Shown piece by piece: positions 12,952 to 25,879 of a stretch of 64,000 bases of DNA. A program made the position numbers and the translations under genes. The stretch comes from Squalus acanthias (taxonomy: Eukaryota), in assembly GCA_030390025.1 (NCBI GenBank), contig CM059432.1, positions 131,070,001 through 131,134,000 on the forward strand, in the 5' to 3' direction. The notes beneath the pieces were generated by a model. It was not told the origin of the DNA, searched no databases, and was given only the letters and a program-made list of their open reading frames with translations. Numbering within the stretch: the stretch's first letter is position 1; every line of letters starts with the position of its first letter.

Positions 12952-13689
12952 GGCCCAAAAGTTAGTCCCGCGACGCGAGAGTACGCACTGCGTACTCTCG
13001 CGTATTCTGTCACCAATTGCCGGTTTTCTGCATGCACTGCGCATGCGCTGAAAACCGGCACTTGGTTTTTGGAAAAGGGGCGGTTCCTCGGTGCACCGCG
13101 TGCGCGCTACAGGCTGCGCGCACGCTGTGCACTTAGTGCTTTGGACGCGCAGGTAAGGAAGGAAGATTTTACACGTAAAAAAAGGAGTAAGACCCACTTT
13201 TAACAAGGTAAGTAGTGAATTAAGTATTATTTTGAATTTTTTTTAACAGGTATATCTTTTTTAGAGACTTTAAAGACAGGTAAGTTTATTTTTATAACTT
13301 TTTAAAAGATTTTAAATTTTTTCAAAAATTTAATTTTTTATTTAAAATGGTTAATTTATTTAACTTTACTTATTTTATTAATGTGATGGTTTTTTTTAAA
13401 TTTAATTGAGGTTTAGCTGTTATTTTGGGGGTGTGTAAGATTCATAGCTTTCACAGCACTTATGTGAAACTTATGAATGGAAGATGGTGTGCTGCCATTG
13501 GCTCTAACTGAGTCACGTGATCCCACAGCTCGCACGAATTCACTGCGCCGGTGGGATACGCAAGCACTGCCCAGCTGATGTCTCGAACATCAAGTTCGTG
13601 CGAGCTGGATCTGAAAAAGCCAACGCGGAGTGAGAGATCGCGGGGAAGCCTTATCCCCGCGTCAACACTCAGTCTTTAATTTCTGGGCC
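12952..13689. mobile_element. Non-autonomous DNA transposon (Harbinger-like MITE), copy 1
   Basis: Ends ggcccaaaagtt...aatttctgggcc with 3-bp TSD ATT. Near-identical to 34043-34785. Confidence 0.85.
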
Positions 13690-13956
13690 ATTAGAACTTA
13701 CGCTTGAATGAACGAAGGAACAATTGAATGAATGATCGAACTGTAGCGGATCGCCACCTAAACGGGCATTATCCACTTTTCCATCCGTGGACAAAATAAG
13801 GCAGGAGAAAAGGAGTGGGCGGGGCCTCAGGGTTTTTCCAGAGAATTCTGGGAGCTTTTTGTATCAGCCATTTTGGACCATGCAGTTGTATTAAAAAGCC
13901 TTTGTTTTCCACACATGGATTCAGTCTTAATTCGTGTTTCGCGGCAGTCTCAACAT

Positions 13957-13970
13957 TGGTGACCCCGACG
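13957..13970 (+). promoter_or_regulatory. Primer binding site, tRNA-Trp
   Basis: TGGTGACCCCGACG one base after the 5' LTR, complementary to the 3' end of vertebrate tRNA-Trp. Confidence 0.88.
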
Positions 13971-13995
13971 CTCAGAATGTATTCCGAGCACTGCA

Positions 13996-14797
13996 GTGGC
14001 GGACACGAACGCAGTTTTCGTGAAACTGCCGGAGTTTTGGGAAAACCAGCCCGAAGCCTGGTTTCTCCAAGCTGAATCCCGCTTCTCGACATACCAGCGA
14101 AACTGCCACCTCCTCGACCTTCCAGGCCTCGGTGATGCCTCACTGTCAGACCTCCTCTCCCACATGCTCTCCCTCACCGACGAGAGCCCACCCGGATCCC
14201 TCTTCCGCACGCTGTTCATCCGCCAGCTCCCTCTCAGCATCCGCCCAGCGATCGTGGCGTCCGGCCTCACGAACCTGGAAGCCCTGGCCGATGAGGCCGA
14301 CAAGCTGCTGTCCGCTCACTCCAGCCGCGACGTCACTCCGGACCCGGCAGCCAATGCCTGGGCGCGCCCCTCACCGGCCACCACGCGGCCACAAGGACCA
14401 GCCACCAGGCCCACGGGGCCTTCGCGCCCCACTAACCCGGGCCACTGTTACTACCACGCACGGTTCGGCGCCAGGGCACAACGGTGCACTCCTCCCTGCT
14501 CTTTCAAGTCCGCCCCCGTACGACGGGCCCTACAAGGTGCTACAGGCTGGGGACAAATTTTTCACCCTGCAAGTGGGCGACAGGACCGAAAAAGTGTCGG
14601 TTGACCGACTCAAGCCAGCACACTCGGAGCCCGGTGAGCAGGTCCCTGTAGCTCGTCCACCACCACGCGGCCGACCTGCCCTCAAGCCAGTTCACCCGGC
14701 TGCTCCACGCCCGACCGTTCCACGTCCACCGGCGTCCTACAAGAGCCGCTCCGGCCGGCCCATCACACCGCCGCACCGTCTCGCCCACACCTCCTAA
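13996..14797 (+). pseudogene. Gypsy gag remnant fused out of frame to the integrase C-terminal GPY/F region
   Basis: VKLPEFWENQPEAWFLQAESRF, LGD..SDLL, LFRTLFIRQLP and zinc knuckle CYYHARFGARAQRCTPPC (ORF 13996-14604). PYDGPYKV...VSVDRLKPA is in ORF 14132-14797. No PR, RT, RH or IN core. Confidence 0.85.
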
Positions 14798-15411
14798 GCG
14801 GATTCTGGGGGAAGCTGTGTGGTGGATCGCCACCTAAACGGGCATTATCCACTTTTCCGTCCGTGGACAAAATATCGTGCACCTTGCCTTTAAGGCAGGA
14901 GAAAAGGAGTTTTTCCAGAGAATTCTGGGAGCTTTTTATATCAGCCATTTTGGACCATGCAGTTGTATTAAAAAGCCTTTGTTTTCCACACATGGATTCA
15001 GTCTTAATTCGTGTTTCACGGCAGCCTCAACAGAACGAACAATGCCAGTAGGACTGGCGTAAAATGGGTTTTTTCTTGGTTTACTGGAATAAATGTTATC
15101 TGTAGCATTTAATTGGATTATGATGGTGCTATGTGTTTGTACACTGGTGTTGAAATGTTTTTTGTTTTATGTGGAGTTAACTTTGAGATTTATTATTTTA
15201 AATCTAAAAAGTTGTGTGGTATTTAAGGGTATTTGTACTGTAAACATCATTGATTATTTGTAAAATTAATCATTGCATTTATATTAACTATAAGGCTGTT
15301 TTTAAGGCTTTATTTTTTACTGTGATGGATGAATGTAATGGATTTACTATGTAATGGATTTACTATGTAATTGATGAGTTGTACAGGTATTATTGTTTTT
15401 GAATAAAAATA

Positions 15412-18400
15412 TTTGTACCATCAACTAGTGGGAACAGCCTTTCCCTGTCTTGCCTATCCAAACCTGTCATAATCTTGTACACCTCTATCAAATCACCCCT
15501 CAACCTCCTTTGCTTTAATGAAAACAAATCCAGCTTCTCCAACCTGTCCTTGTAGCTAAGATACTCCATCCCTGGAACCATTCTGGTAAATCTCTGCACC
15601 CTCTCAAGGGCCTTCACATCCTTCCTAAAGTGTGGTGACCGGAACTGGACGCAATACACATCCTAAAGTGTGGTGACCGGAACTGGACGCAATACTCCAG
15701 TTGTGGCCTAACCAGCGCTTTATAAAGGTTCAGCGTATTTATGGAACCCAAGATCCGATATGCTTTGCTAACCACTCTCAATATGTCCTGCCAGTTTCAG
15801 GGACCTATGCACATTAACTCTCAGGTCCCTCTGTCCCTGTACACTCTTTAAAACTGTACCATTAAGTGTATATTGCCTCTCCCTGTTCCTACTGCCAGAA
15901 TGCATCACCTCACACTTCTCTGTATTAAATTCCATCTGCCCATTCTGCTAGACTTTTTATGTCCTGTTGCAGTCGATTGGTTCATCCTCACTGTTTGCCA
16001 CACTCCCAAGTTTGCTGTCATCGGCAAATTTAGAAATTCTACTTTGTATTCCAATATCAAGGTCATTTATATATATCAAAAAAAGAAGTGGCCCCAGCAC
16101 TGACCCTTGGGGAACACCACTGTCTACCATCCTCCAGTCTGAAAAATAGCCAATTACCACAACTCGCTGTTTTCTGTCCTTAAGCCAATTCATTATCCAA
16201 GCTGCCACTGACCCACCTATTCCATGAGCCTCAATTTTGTTAACCAGCCTTCTATGTGGTACTTTGTCAAGCGCATTCCGAATATCCATGTAGACAACAT
16301 CCATTGCATTCCCTTCATCAATCCTCCCTGTTACTTCATCAAAAAACTCAATTAGATTAGTCAAACATGATCTGCCTTTTACAAATCCGTGTTGGCTCTC
16401 CTTAATTAGCTTAAACCTCGCCAAGTGTCCATTAATTTTTTCCTTGATTATTGTTTCTAAAACTTTACCCACCACTGATGTTAAACTGACCAGCCTGTAG
16501 TTACTAGGATTGTCCTTACACCCTTTCTTGAACAATGGTGTCACATTTGCCACTTTCCAATCCTCAGGCACCTCCCCCACATCTAGGGAAGATTGGAAAA
16601 TTATGGCAAGCCCTTCTGCTATCTCCTCCCTCAATTCCCTTAGCAGTCTGGGATGCAAGCCATCTGGACCAGTCAACTCATCCACTCTAAGCATACCCAG
16701 CCTTTATACTACATCCTGTCTATCAATTTTCACCCCTACCATTGCTTCTACCTTTTCCACTGCTACCGATATTTTGTCAGCATCCACCTCCTTAGTAAAC
16801 ACCGATACAAAGTACTCATTGAGTATTCTAGCCTTGCCCTGCGTCTCTAAGCATATAACACCTTCTTTGTCGCTAATAGGCCCCACCTCGCCTCTTACTA
16901 CCCACTTACTGTTTACATGCCGGTAGAAGATTTTTGGGTTCCCTTTTATGTTAACCGCCATTCTACTCTCATATTCTCTCTTTGCCAATCTTATTTTCAT
17001 CTTCACTTCCCCTCTCAATTTATTGTATTTGGTCTGGTTCTCCCTTGAAGAATTCACCTGACATGTATCATACACCATCTTTTTTTGTTTCATCATCTTC
17101 TCTATCTCCCTTGTCATTCAAGGAGCCCTTGCTTTGGTTCCCTTACCCTTCCCTCTTGTTGGAATGTACCTAGCCTGTACTTGGAACATCTCCTTAAAGA
17201 TCACCCATTGTTCCGTTACAGTTTTTCCTGTCAGTCTTTGGTTCCATTTTACCCTGGTTAGATACTTTCGCATCCCTTTGAAGTTAGCCCTATTCCAGTT
17301 TAGAAGTTCCACTCTAGATTGTTCCTTTCTCCTTTCCATTGCTAATCTAAATCTTATGATACGATGATCACTCATACCCAAGTGTTCTCCCACAGACACT
17401 TGGTTGATCTGGCCCCCCTTATTTCCCAGCACCAGATCCAGCAATGCCTCCTTCCTAGTTGGGCCAAGAACATACTGGTCAAGGAAAATTCCCTGAACAC
17501 ATTTCAGAAATTCCTCCCCCTCCTTTCCCTTTACCCTAGCATTATCCCAATCGATATTTGGGTAATTAAAGTCCCCCAATATCACCACTCTATAGCTCTT
17601 GCATATCTCTGCGATTTCCCTGCAGATTTGCTCCTCTACCTCCCTCTCACTATTTGGAGGCCTATAGAATACCCCCAATAGCGTGATCATACCCTTTTTG
17701 CTCCTCAACTCTAACCAAACGGATTCTGTCCTTGTCCCCCCAAGAACATCCTCCTTTTCCAATACTACAATGTCTTCCTTAATCAGCACTGCCACCCCAC
17801 TTCCCATTTTTCTTTCCCTATCTTTTCTGAACACCTTGTACCCTGGAATATTAATTTCCCAGTCCTCACCGCTTTGAAGCCACATTTCCGTTACTGCCAC
17901 AACATCATATTGCCACGCGGCTAATTGTGCTTGTAGCTCACCACCTTATTCACTACACTTTGTGCGTTTATGTACATGCATTCTAAACATATTATTGAAT
18001 TTTTCATAGTCTTTCTTAGTCTGCTCCTATCTAATATGGTACTACTACCGTCTCTAATACTACTTTCTTCTCTAGTACTATCCAACACACTCACTCTTTT
18101 ATGCACCTTATTCCTCCTTTCTACTCCTATATGCTGGTGCCCATCCCCCTGCCAAGCTAGTTTAAACCCTCCCCAACAGCACTAGCAAACCTCCCCGCGA
18201 GAATATTGGTCCCGGCTCTGTTGAGGTGTAACCCGTCCAGTTTGTACAGGTCCCACCTTCCCCAGAAAAGGTCCCAATGCCTCAGGAATCTAAAGCCCTC
18301 CCTCCTGCATCATCTCTCCAGCCACACATTCATCTGTTCTATCCTCCTATTCCTGTACTCACTAGTATGTGGCACCGGGAGTAATCCGGAGATTACTACC

Positions 18401-18605
18401 TTTGAGGTCCTGCTTTTTAATCTCTTTCCTAGCTCCCTATAGTCTGCCTGCAGGAGCTTATCCCTCTTTCTGCCTATGTCGTTGGTACCGATATGGACAA
18501 CGACCTCTGGCTGTTCACCCTCCCCCGTCAGAGTGTCCTGCAGCCGCTCAGTGACATCCTTGACCCTGGCACCAGGGAGGCAACATACTATCCTGGAGTC
18601 ACGTC
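15412..18605 (-). mobile_element. CR1 LINE (ORF1 esterase C-part, APE endonuclease, RT), disrupted
   Basis: ORFs 17118-17900 (GDFNYP, SDH) and 15957-16694 ([16 protein letters not shown]). Inverted near-twin of about 33208-37092. Confidence 0.95.
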
Positions 18606-18606
18606 A

Positions 18607-19222
18607 TGCGATGTGGGCGTCGCTGGCATGGCCAGCATTTATTGCTCATCCCTAGTTGCCCTTGAAATGGTGGTGGTGAGCCGCCTTCTTGAACCGCTGC
18701 GGTCCGTGTGATGAAGGTACTTCCACAGTGCTGTTAGGTAGGGAGTTCCAGGATTTCGACCCAGCGACGATGAAGGAACGGCGATATATTTCCAAGTCAG
18801 GATGGTGTGTGACTTGGAGGGGAACTCGTAGGTGATGGTGTTCCCATGCGCCTGCTGCCCTTGTCCTTCTAGGTGGTAGAGGTCGTGGGTTTGGGAGGTG
18901 CTGTCGAAGAAGCCTTGGTGAGTTGCTGCAGTGCATCCTGTAGATGGTACACACTGCAGCCACGGTGCGCCGGTGGTGGATGGAGTGAATATTTAAAGTG
19001 GTGGACGGGGTGCCAATCAAGCGGGCTGCTTTGTCCTGGTTGGTGTCGAGCTTCTTGAGTGTTGTTGGAGTTGCACTCATCCAGGCAAGTGGAGAGTATT
19101 CCATCACACTCCTGATTTGTGCCTTGTAGATGGGGAGTCAGGAGGTGAGACACTCGCTGCAGAATACCTAGCCTCTGACCTGCTCTTGTAGCCACAATCT
19201 TTATGTGGCTGATCCAGTTAAG
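18607..19222 (-). mobile_element. Jockey-group LINE 3' fragment
   Basis: MEYSPLAWMS...KLD..QDKAARLIG...WNSLP in ORF 18652-19107. Confidence 0.8.
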
Positions 19223-19224
19223 TT

Positions 19225-19665
19225 GCCAGTGATGAAGGACTTCAGTTCTGAGGAGAGGTTGGAAAAGTTAGGACTGTTCTCCTTGGAACAGAGAAGGTTA
19301 AGGGGTGACCTAATAGAGGTTTTCAAGATGATGAGCGGTTTTGAAAGAATAAATAGGAAAAAAAATATTCCCTCTGGTGAGTGGGTCAATAACTAGAGGT
19401 CATAGATTGAAAATCATTGGGAAAAGATCTAGAGGGGAGATGAAATTTTTTTTCACTCAGAGGATTGTCGGGATCTGGAATGCTCTACCTGAAAAGGTGG
19501 AGGAGGCTGATTCCATAAATAATTTAAAACGGAGTTGGACAGGTGCTTGAGGATTAGGAACTTACAAGGGTTACAAACAAAAAGTGGGGATGTGGGACTA
19601 AGCACAACTGCTCTTTTGCCACGACGGGCCGAATATCCTTCTTCTGTGCTGTAAGTTTCTATGAT
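19225..19665 (+). mobile_element. CR1 3' fragment
   Basis: ERLEKLGLFSLEQRRLRGDLIEVFK followed by a CR1 3' UTR. Confidence 0.85.
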
Positions 19666-19764
19666 CAAAGGGACTCTCGAACAACTTGGGTTGCAATTTC
19701 AAAGGCAAGGTCAGCTGAACATGACTGGATGAGAATGGCCCAAGTTTCAAAAAGAAAAAAAAAA

Positions 19765-20070
19765 GGACTTGCATTTATTTAGCACCTTTCATGACCTCAG
19801 GATGTCCCAAAGCACTTTACAGCCAATGAAGTATTTTTGAAGTGTAGTCACTGTTATAAAGTAGGAAACATAGCAGCCAATTTGCACACAGCAAGCTCCC
19901 GCAAACAGCAATGAGGTAATGACCAGATAATCTGTTTTAGTAATGTTGGTTGAGCGATAAATATTGTCCAGGACAGTGGGAGAACTCCTCTTCTCTTTGA
20001 ATAGTGTCGTGGGATCTTTTACATCCACCTGAGAGGGCAGACGGGGCCTTGGTTTAACGTCTCATCCGAA
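19765..20070 (-). mobile_element. DeuSINE, 5'-truncated
   Basis: Reverse complement of the Deu core and tail seen at 22305-22740. Confidence 0.8.
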
Positions 20071-20469
20071 ATGAAGGGCATTAATTATAGTCTGGTGCTA
20101 CAGTGAAATCGTCGGAATGTGCTACGCATTTGGGTCCTTTTACCCTTTTTGCTCTCGATATATTTTTGGCCTCACCTCTGTTTCAAACTTAGGAATCTCA
20201 TAATTGAGTCCTATTTTTCCATGTTTTGGAGAATGTTTACACGAAACCTGATATCTGGGTAAGTTTGATAGCGCACCCAGGATGATGAACAGAAACCCTA
20301 TTTTAGGTTTCTTGAGGTACTGATTCTATTTTCTGTTTCACAGGATCCTCCTTGTCTTCAAGAAGCAGCAGAATGACACTACATAAGACCTTATTTTAGG
20401 CTTTAAATGCCGAATGAATTTATTAAACAAGCAATACACCTGTTTGGTAATGCTCCTGTGAAGCGTCTA

Positions 20470-21255
20470 TATAAACTTGCATTTATTTATATTGCACCTT
20501 TAACGTAGTAAAACGTCCCAAGGTGCTTCACAGGACGATTATCAGATAAAATTTGACACTGACCCACAGAAGGAGATATTAGGACAGGTGACCAAAAGCT
20601 TTGTCAAATGGTAGGTTTTAAGAAGTGTCTTAAAGGAGGAGAAATTTAGGGAGGGAATTCCAGAGCTCAGGGATTAGACAGCTGAAGGCACGGCTGCCAA
20701 TGGTGGGGGTGAAGGAAATTGGGGATGCACAAGAGGCCAGAATTGGAGGAATGCAGAGTTCACGGAGGGTTGTAGGGCTGGAGGAGGTTACAGAGATAGG
20801 GAGGGGAGATGCCATGGATGGATTCAAACGCAAGTATGAGAATTATAAATCTGAGATGTTGCTCAACTGAAACCCAATGTAGGTCGACGAGCACTGGGAT
20901 GATTGGTGAATGGGACTTGGTGTGAGTTAGGATAAGGGAAGCAGAGTTTTGGATGAGCTCAAATTTACGGAGGGTGGAAGATTTGAGGCTGGCCAGGAAA
21001 GCATTGGAATAGTCAAGTCTGGAGGTAACAAGAGCAGATGGCTTGAGGCAGGGGTGGAGACAGGTGACATTATGGAGGTTAAAGTAGGCGGTCGGTAATG
21101 GAGTGGATATGGGGTCTGAAGCTCAGCTTAGGGTCAAATAGGACTGTGAGGTTGCAAATAGTCTGGTTCATCCTCAGACAGTGGCCAGAGAGGGGGATGG
21201 AATTGGTGGCTAGGGAACGGAGTTTGTGGTGGGGGCCGAAAACAATGACTAGGGG
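20470..21255 (-). mobile_element. L2 LINE 3' fragment
   Basis: NL.V.FDP.LSF.PHI and AFS....LWNSLP motifs. Homologous to 40800-41580. Confidence 0.8.
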
Positions 21256-21989
21256 GAGGGTGCAAATGTGAATTGGAGATGGATGAGGAGAAAACTGCCA
21301 CTGGGAATTGAGGGGAGAAGAATGTTTCCATATGAAGAGTAGTAACCCAATAAAAATGTAACAATAGTACTTAGCCACAGAGAGTACTATTACGTGTCCA
21401 CCATAGTCCACAATTACTCTACAGGAAATGAGGGGGAAATTCCCAATATATTGCCAGTCTTCCATATAAACGTGATGTCCAGTATACCTGCAACTTAGGT
21501 TTTGAAAAGCCCTCACCCGACTGCACTTTCAATGCAACTGCATATCATAAGCCTATATTCAGGGCTATCTTTGAATTGTCAACGAGATTGGGGCTCTGCC
21601 TGCTTCTGCTAGTTTTCTAGGTTGGCATACAGTATGTTCCAACATTTAGTCAAGAGCGTTCTGAACTCAAAACATTGGGCCGGCACATTGTCCTTAAAGG
21701 AATTGGGGCTTGCCTTGTCCACAGTCACCCACTCACCATTGCTTTAAGGTTGCAAGTGCTGCTGGGCGTATTGAAGGTAAAACAATTAAATGGGCATATT
21801 CTATTTTGCGAATGTTTGTTTCTGGCTTGGAACAGCTAGCGGTGCACCGACAAGCTACGATGTTGCACAGTGACCGTGCAGGATATTTTCATATTTTTTT
21901 TTAAAAAAAAGAGACGTGGCTAAAGATCGAGGCTATCAATTTCTGTGCATGTGCAATTATTATCAGGGCTCAACAAGCGTTTTTTTTCT

Positions 21990-22213
21990 TCTGTTGGCCA
22001 TGTGGGCAGTGCTGCAGCAGCTCCCCGCCCGCCTGCCTTGGAGCCGGTGCCGCGCGCCGTGTCCCTGGCGGGTGTCCGGGCCACGTTCCTCTCTCGGAAG
22101 GCTGGCGCCCGGTTTGAATGTGACGGTTGGGCAGGGGACGGGCTGGCCTGGCGTCGCCGTGTGAATAGCAGCGAAGCAACCAGCGCTTCTGAAGCCCAAA
22201 GAGGCTCTCCCAA
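21990..22213 (+). promoter_or_regulatory. CpG-rich putative promoter/5' UTR of the ankyrin-repeat gene
   Basis: Non-repetitive GC/CpG-dense patch directly upstream of ccaaATGG and a strong splice donor. Confidence 0.55.
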
Positions 22214-22225
22214 ATGGCTGAAGAA
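22214..22225 (+). CDS. Putative first coding exon (MAEE) of the ankyrin-repeat gene
   Basis: Kozak-like caaATGG, ATG GCT GAA GAA|gtaagg. Phase 0 matches the exon at 42356. Confidence 0.55.
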
Positions 22226-22304
22226 GTAAGGCGCGTTTAACCAGCTGACATTTACTGAGACACCCCCAGCCACGAAAAAAAAAAGCCCCCAAAAAATGGA
22301 GCAT

Positions 22305-22740
22305 TGCCAGTGGGGCTCAGTGGGTAGCGCACTCTCGCCCCCGAGTTCAAGTCCCACTCCAGAGACTTGAGCACAAAAAAAATCTAGGCTGACTGTCGGA
22401 GGTGCCGTCTTTCGGATGAGACGTTAAACCGAGGCCCCGTGTGCTCTCTCAGGTGGGCGTCACCAATCCCACGGCACTCCTTGGAAGAAGAGCAGGGGAG
22501 TTATCCCCGGTGTCCTGGCTAATATTTATATCTCAATCAACGTAACAAAAAACTAGATTATCTGGTCATTATCACATTGCTGTTTGTGGGAGCTTAATGT
22601 GCGCAAATTGGCTGTCGCGTTTCCCACATTACAACAGTGACTACACTTCAAAAAGTACTTCATTGGCTGTAAAGTGCTTTGGGACGTCCGGTGGTCGTGA
22701 AAGGCGCTATATAAATGCAAGTCTTTCTTTCATCCTTTCT
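22305..22740 (+). mobile_element. DeuSINE (SacSINE1-like), near full length
   Basis: A-box-like gggctcagtgggtagc, B-box-like gagttcaagtccc, Deu core, tail aggcgctatataaatgcaagtc(ttt). Confidence 0.85.
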
Positions 22741-23225
22741 TTCTATTGCCGGACCAGCTCTTGCTGGGAGTGAAGACTTGAATCATTTGCAGCTGAGTAC
22801 ATGTCAGGCTCTCAAGTGCAGGATACGTTTCCTATTGATAGCCTGGACACAAATAGAAACATCTAACCTATGGTTGCATTTCCAGGGCACCCCATCAGTA
22901 GGGTTGGCAACTCTGGTTGGTCCTATTTCTGAAGGTTTCATTGCATGACCACCCCCCCTCACCCACTACCCTGCCTCCACCATTGGTCTGCCAACAGGTC
23001 CTCAACTTCACTCAAACGGCTCTTTTCCCCCCATCGCCAGTTTTTTTTTATATTACTAACAAGCAAAAGTGTACAAAGATTTTTTATTTAAAGGGCACAA
23101 TCTTTTTAATGTCCCGATGAATTTTCTCCAGGATTGCTTGCAGCAGTGCCCTAGAGATCAATCTTCAATTCCTGGAGACTCGAGGACAATCCTGAACCCT
23201 ACCGATCAGTCTGAAACTGTTATAT

Positions 23226-24897
23226 AAGAAATTGGAGCAGGAGTAGGCCATTTGGCTCTTCGAGCCTGCTCCACCATTCAATAAGATCATGGCTGATCTT
23301 CTACCTCATCTCCACTTTCCTGCACTTTCACCATATCCTTTGATTCCCTTAATATTCAAAAATCTATCGATCTCTGTCTTGAATATACTCAACGACTGAG
23401 CCTCCACAGCCCTCTGGGGTAGAGAATTCCAAAGATTCACCACCCTCAGTGAAGAAATTTCTCCTCATCTCAGTCCTAAATGGCCGACCCCTTATTCTGA
23501 GACTGTGACCCCTGGTTCTAGACGCCCCAGCCAGGGGAAACATCCTCCCTGCATGTACCCTGTCAAGCCCTGTAAGAATTTTGCATGTTTCAATGAGATC
23601 ACCTCTCATTCTTCTAAACTCTAGCGAATATAGGTCTAGTCTACTCAATCTCTCCTCATAGGACAATCCCCTCATCCCAGGAACCAGTCTGGTGAACCCT
23701 CGTTGCACTCCCTCTATGGCAAGTATATCCTTCCTTAGGTAAGGAGACCAAAACTGTACACAATACTCCAGGTGTGGTCTCACCAGGGCCCAATATAATT
23801 GCAGTAAGACGTCTTTACTCTTATACTCAAATCCTCTTGTAATAAAGGCCAACATACCATTTGCTTTCCTAATTGCTTGCTGTACCTGCATGTTAACTTT
23901 TAGTGATTTGTGTACAAGGACACCCAGGGCCCTCTGAACACCAACATTTCCCAATCTCTCACCATTTAAAAAATACTCTGCTTTTCTATTTTTCCTACCA
24001 AAGTGGATAACTTCACATTTCTCCACATTATTTTCCATTTGCCATATTCTTGCCCACTCACTTAGCCTGTCTATATCCTCTTGAAGCCTCCTTGCATCCT
24101 CCTCACAACTTACATTCCCACCCAGCTTTGCATCATCCAAATCATTGATGTAGATTGTGAATAGCTGAGGCGCATGCACTGATCCTTGCGGTACCCCATT
24201 ATTTACAGCCTGCCAACCCGAAAATGACCCGTTTATTCCGATTCTTTGTTTTCTGTCCGTTAACCAATCTTCAATCCATGCTAGTATATTCTTCTTCTTC
24301 TTAGGCAGTCCCTCGGAACCGAGGATGACTTGCTTCCACACTAAAAATGAGTTCTCAGGTGACTGATAAGTCCAATGCGGAACCTACAGTCTCCTTTCCA
24401 GAAGAAGGTGTAACCATCGCCTTGCTCCTTGAGCGGACCTTCCCCTGCCCGCTGGGTCTCGCGTAGGGCGGAGATGTCTACGTCGAAACGTCTGAGCTCC
24501 CAGGTTACGATAGCAGTACGGCGTTCCGGTCTGTCGCTGCTGGGGGACGGGACCCAGGAGCGAGGTCGAGGCCCAGGAGCGAGGTCGAGGCCCAGGAGCG
24601 AGGTCGGGACCCAGGAGCTAGTATATTACCCCCAATCCCATGAGCCCTAATTTTGTTTAATAACCTCTTGTGTGGCACCTTATCGAATGCCTTCTGAAAA
24701 TCCAAATACACCACATCCACTGGTTCCCCCTTATCTATTCTGCTAGTTACAACCTCAAAAAACGAACAGATTTGACAAACACATTTTCCCTCTCATAAAT
24801 CCGTGTTGACTCTGCCCAATCCTATTATTATTTTCTAAGTGCCCTGTTACCACGCCCTTAATAATAGATTCGAGCATTTTCCCTACTACTGATGTCA
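23226..24897 (-). mobile_element. 5'-truncated CR1 LINE interrupted by an RTE derivative
   Basis: ORFs 23364-24341 and 24505-24720 (YLDFQKAFDKVPH, PQGSV, RPHLEYC). Confidence 0.92.
24291..24616 (-). mobile_element. 326-bp internally deleted RTE-clade element with 19-bp tandem-repeat head
   Basis: 11-bp TSD gctagtatatt (24280-24290, 24617-24627) and (AAG)n tail. Minus strand encodes RPERRTAIVTWELRRFDVDISALRET..GEG....GYTFFWKG (RTE endonuclease N-terminus) joined to CRFRIGLISHLRTH (RTE C-terminus). Confidence 0.82.
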
Positions 24898-25879
24898 TCT
24901 ATTCTACGTAGCGTGATACTCAGCTGGTAGACCTGAGTTGTACCGCTGACTAAACCTTTCAATTAAATTTAACAACAATGGCGCATGCTTGGGTGCTCTG
25001 CTCCTGGAGAGGAGCATACTTCTTATGTGACAAAAAGTTTGAAAAATAAGTTTCTAAAGTGACCAGGAGGCCTAAAGGACCACCGGGATGCATTTAAAAT
25101 TCTTGCTTCTAGGTGCCTGGAAGCCAGATTTCTAACCTGTTTCCTGAGTTTTGTTGCCAGTTTTGTATTGAAGTATAGGCCTAACTGCTTCATATCAGAA
25201 AACTGCACCCTGAAAGGGGCATCTCATTGTTGGAATCACATTAGCATAGCTCTCCAATGCTTTAGCATGTAATCAAATTAATACTAATGATACTAATCTA
25301 AAGACCAAACAGTAATATTTTGAAAGATACTAGTGCTCACCACATGCTATTTTATAATAACTGGTGCATTGTACCATGTAATGCACATATATTATTGTTT
25401 GGGATGTCCTGTTCTTTTAATGCCATAAAGTCTAGTTGCTATAAGTAAACCCAGGCTGAGGTCAGTCATGGTTTAATTGCTGTTGGTTACAGAAGTTTGC
25501 AGAATGGAAGAAAGGTTAATGTGTACATGAAGTGTACATTATATGTAAGCCCACTTTAAAAAAAATTAGACAGCATCACAAATGCCAATTGTGGATAACA
25601 AAATGAGTATTAGTAGAGGTAAAAGGGCAATACTCAAACAGGATGTAGATGGTAACAAGAGAGTAAAGGTTTTTCAGTAGCAAGGTTTCTGGGACATCTG
25701 GAGCCTCTAGAGCAGTCTGCAATCTGGTTCAAAGTTTCATCATCTGATGTTTGAAAGGGAGAGCTTACTGGTGGTGTGCAGGGTCTGCACGGAGTGTAAC
25801 CCTATTAGAGGGTCTTCATGTCAGCAGTTTATGTTTTTTAAGAAAGACTGTTATTTTCTTCTGTTAATGAGTTAACAGG

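Larger units (their letters stand above)
13742..15032 (+). mobile_element. Internally deleted Gypsy-type LTR retrotransposon (1.3 kb)
   Basis: TG...CA LTRs 13742-13955 and 14818-15032, 4-bp TSD GAAC, PBS at 13957, purine tract ggggggaa-like (about 14807-14814) before the 3' LTR, and gag and integrase remnants. Confidence 0.92.

Noticed and set aside
15060..15410. AT-rich stretch with a short duplication and AATAAA as a gene 3' end
   Set aside because: No upstream exon links to it. It may be a LINE 3' UTR but cannot be assigned by eye.
15622..15695. Tandem duplication of about 39 bp within CR1
   Set aside because: It is an ordinary slippage or repair duplication in a dead element.
22305..22360. 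tRNA gene
   Set aside because: It has A/B-box-like motifs only, no cloverleaf, and is the head of a DeuSINE.
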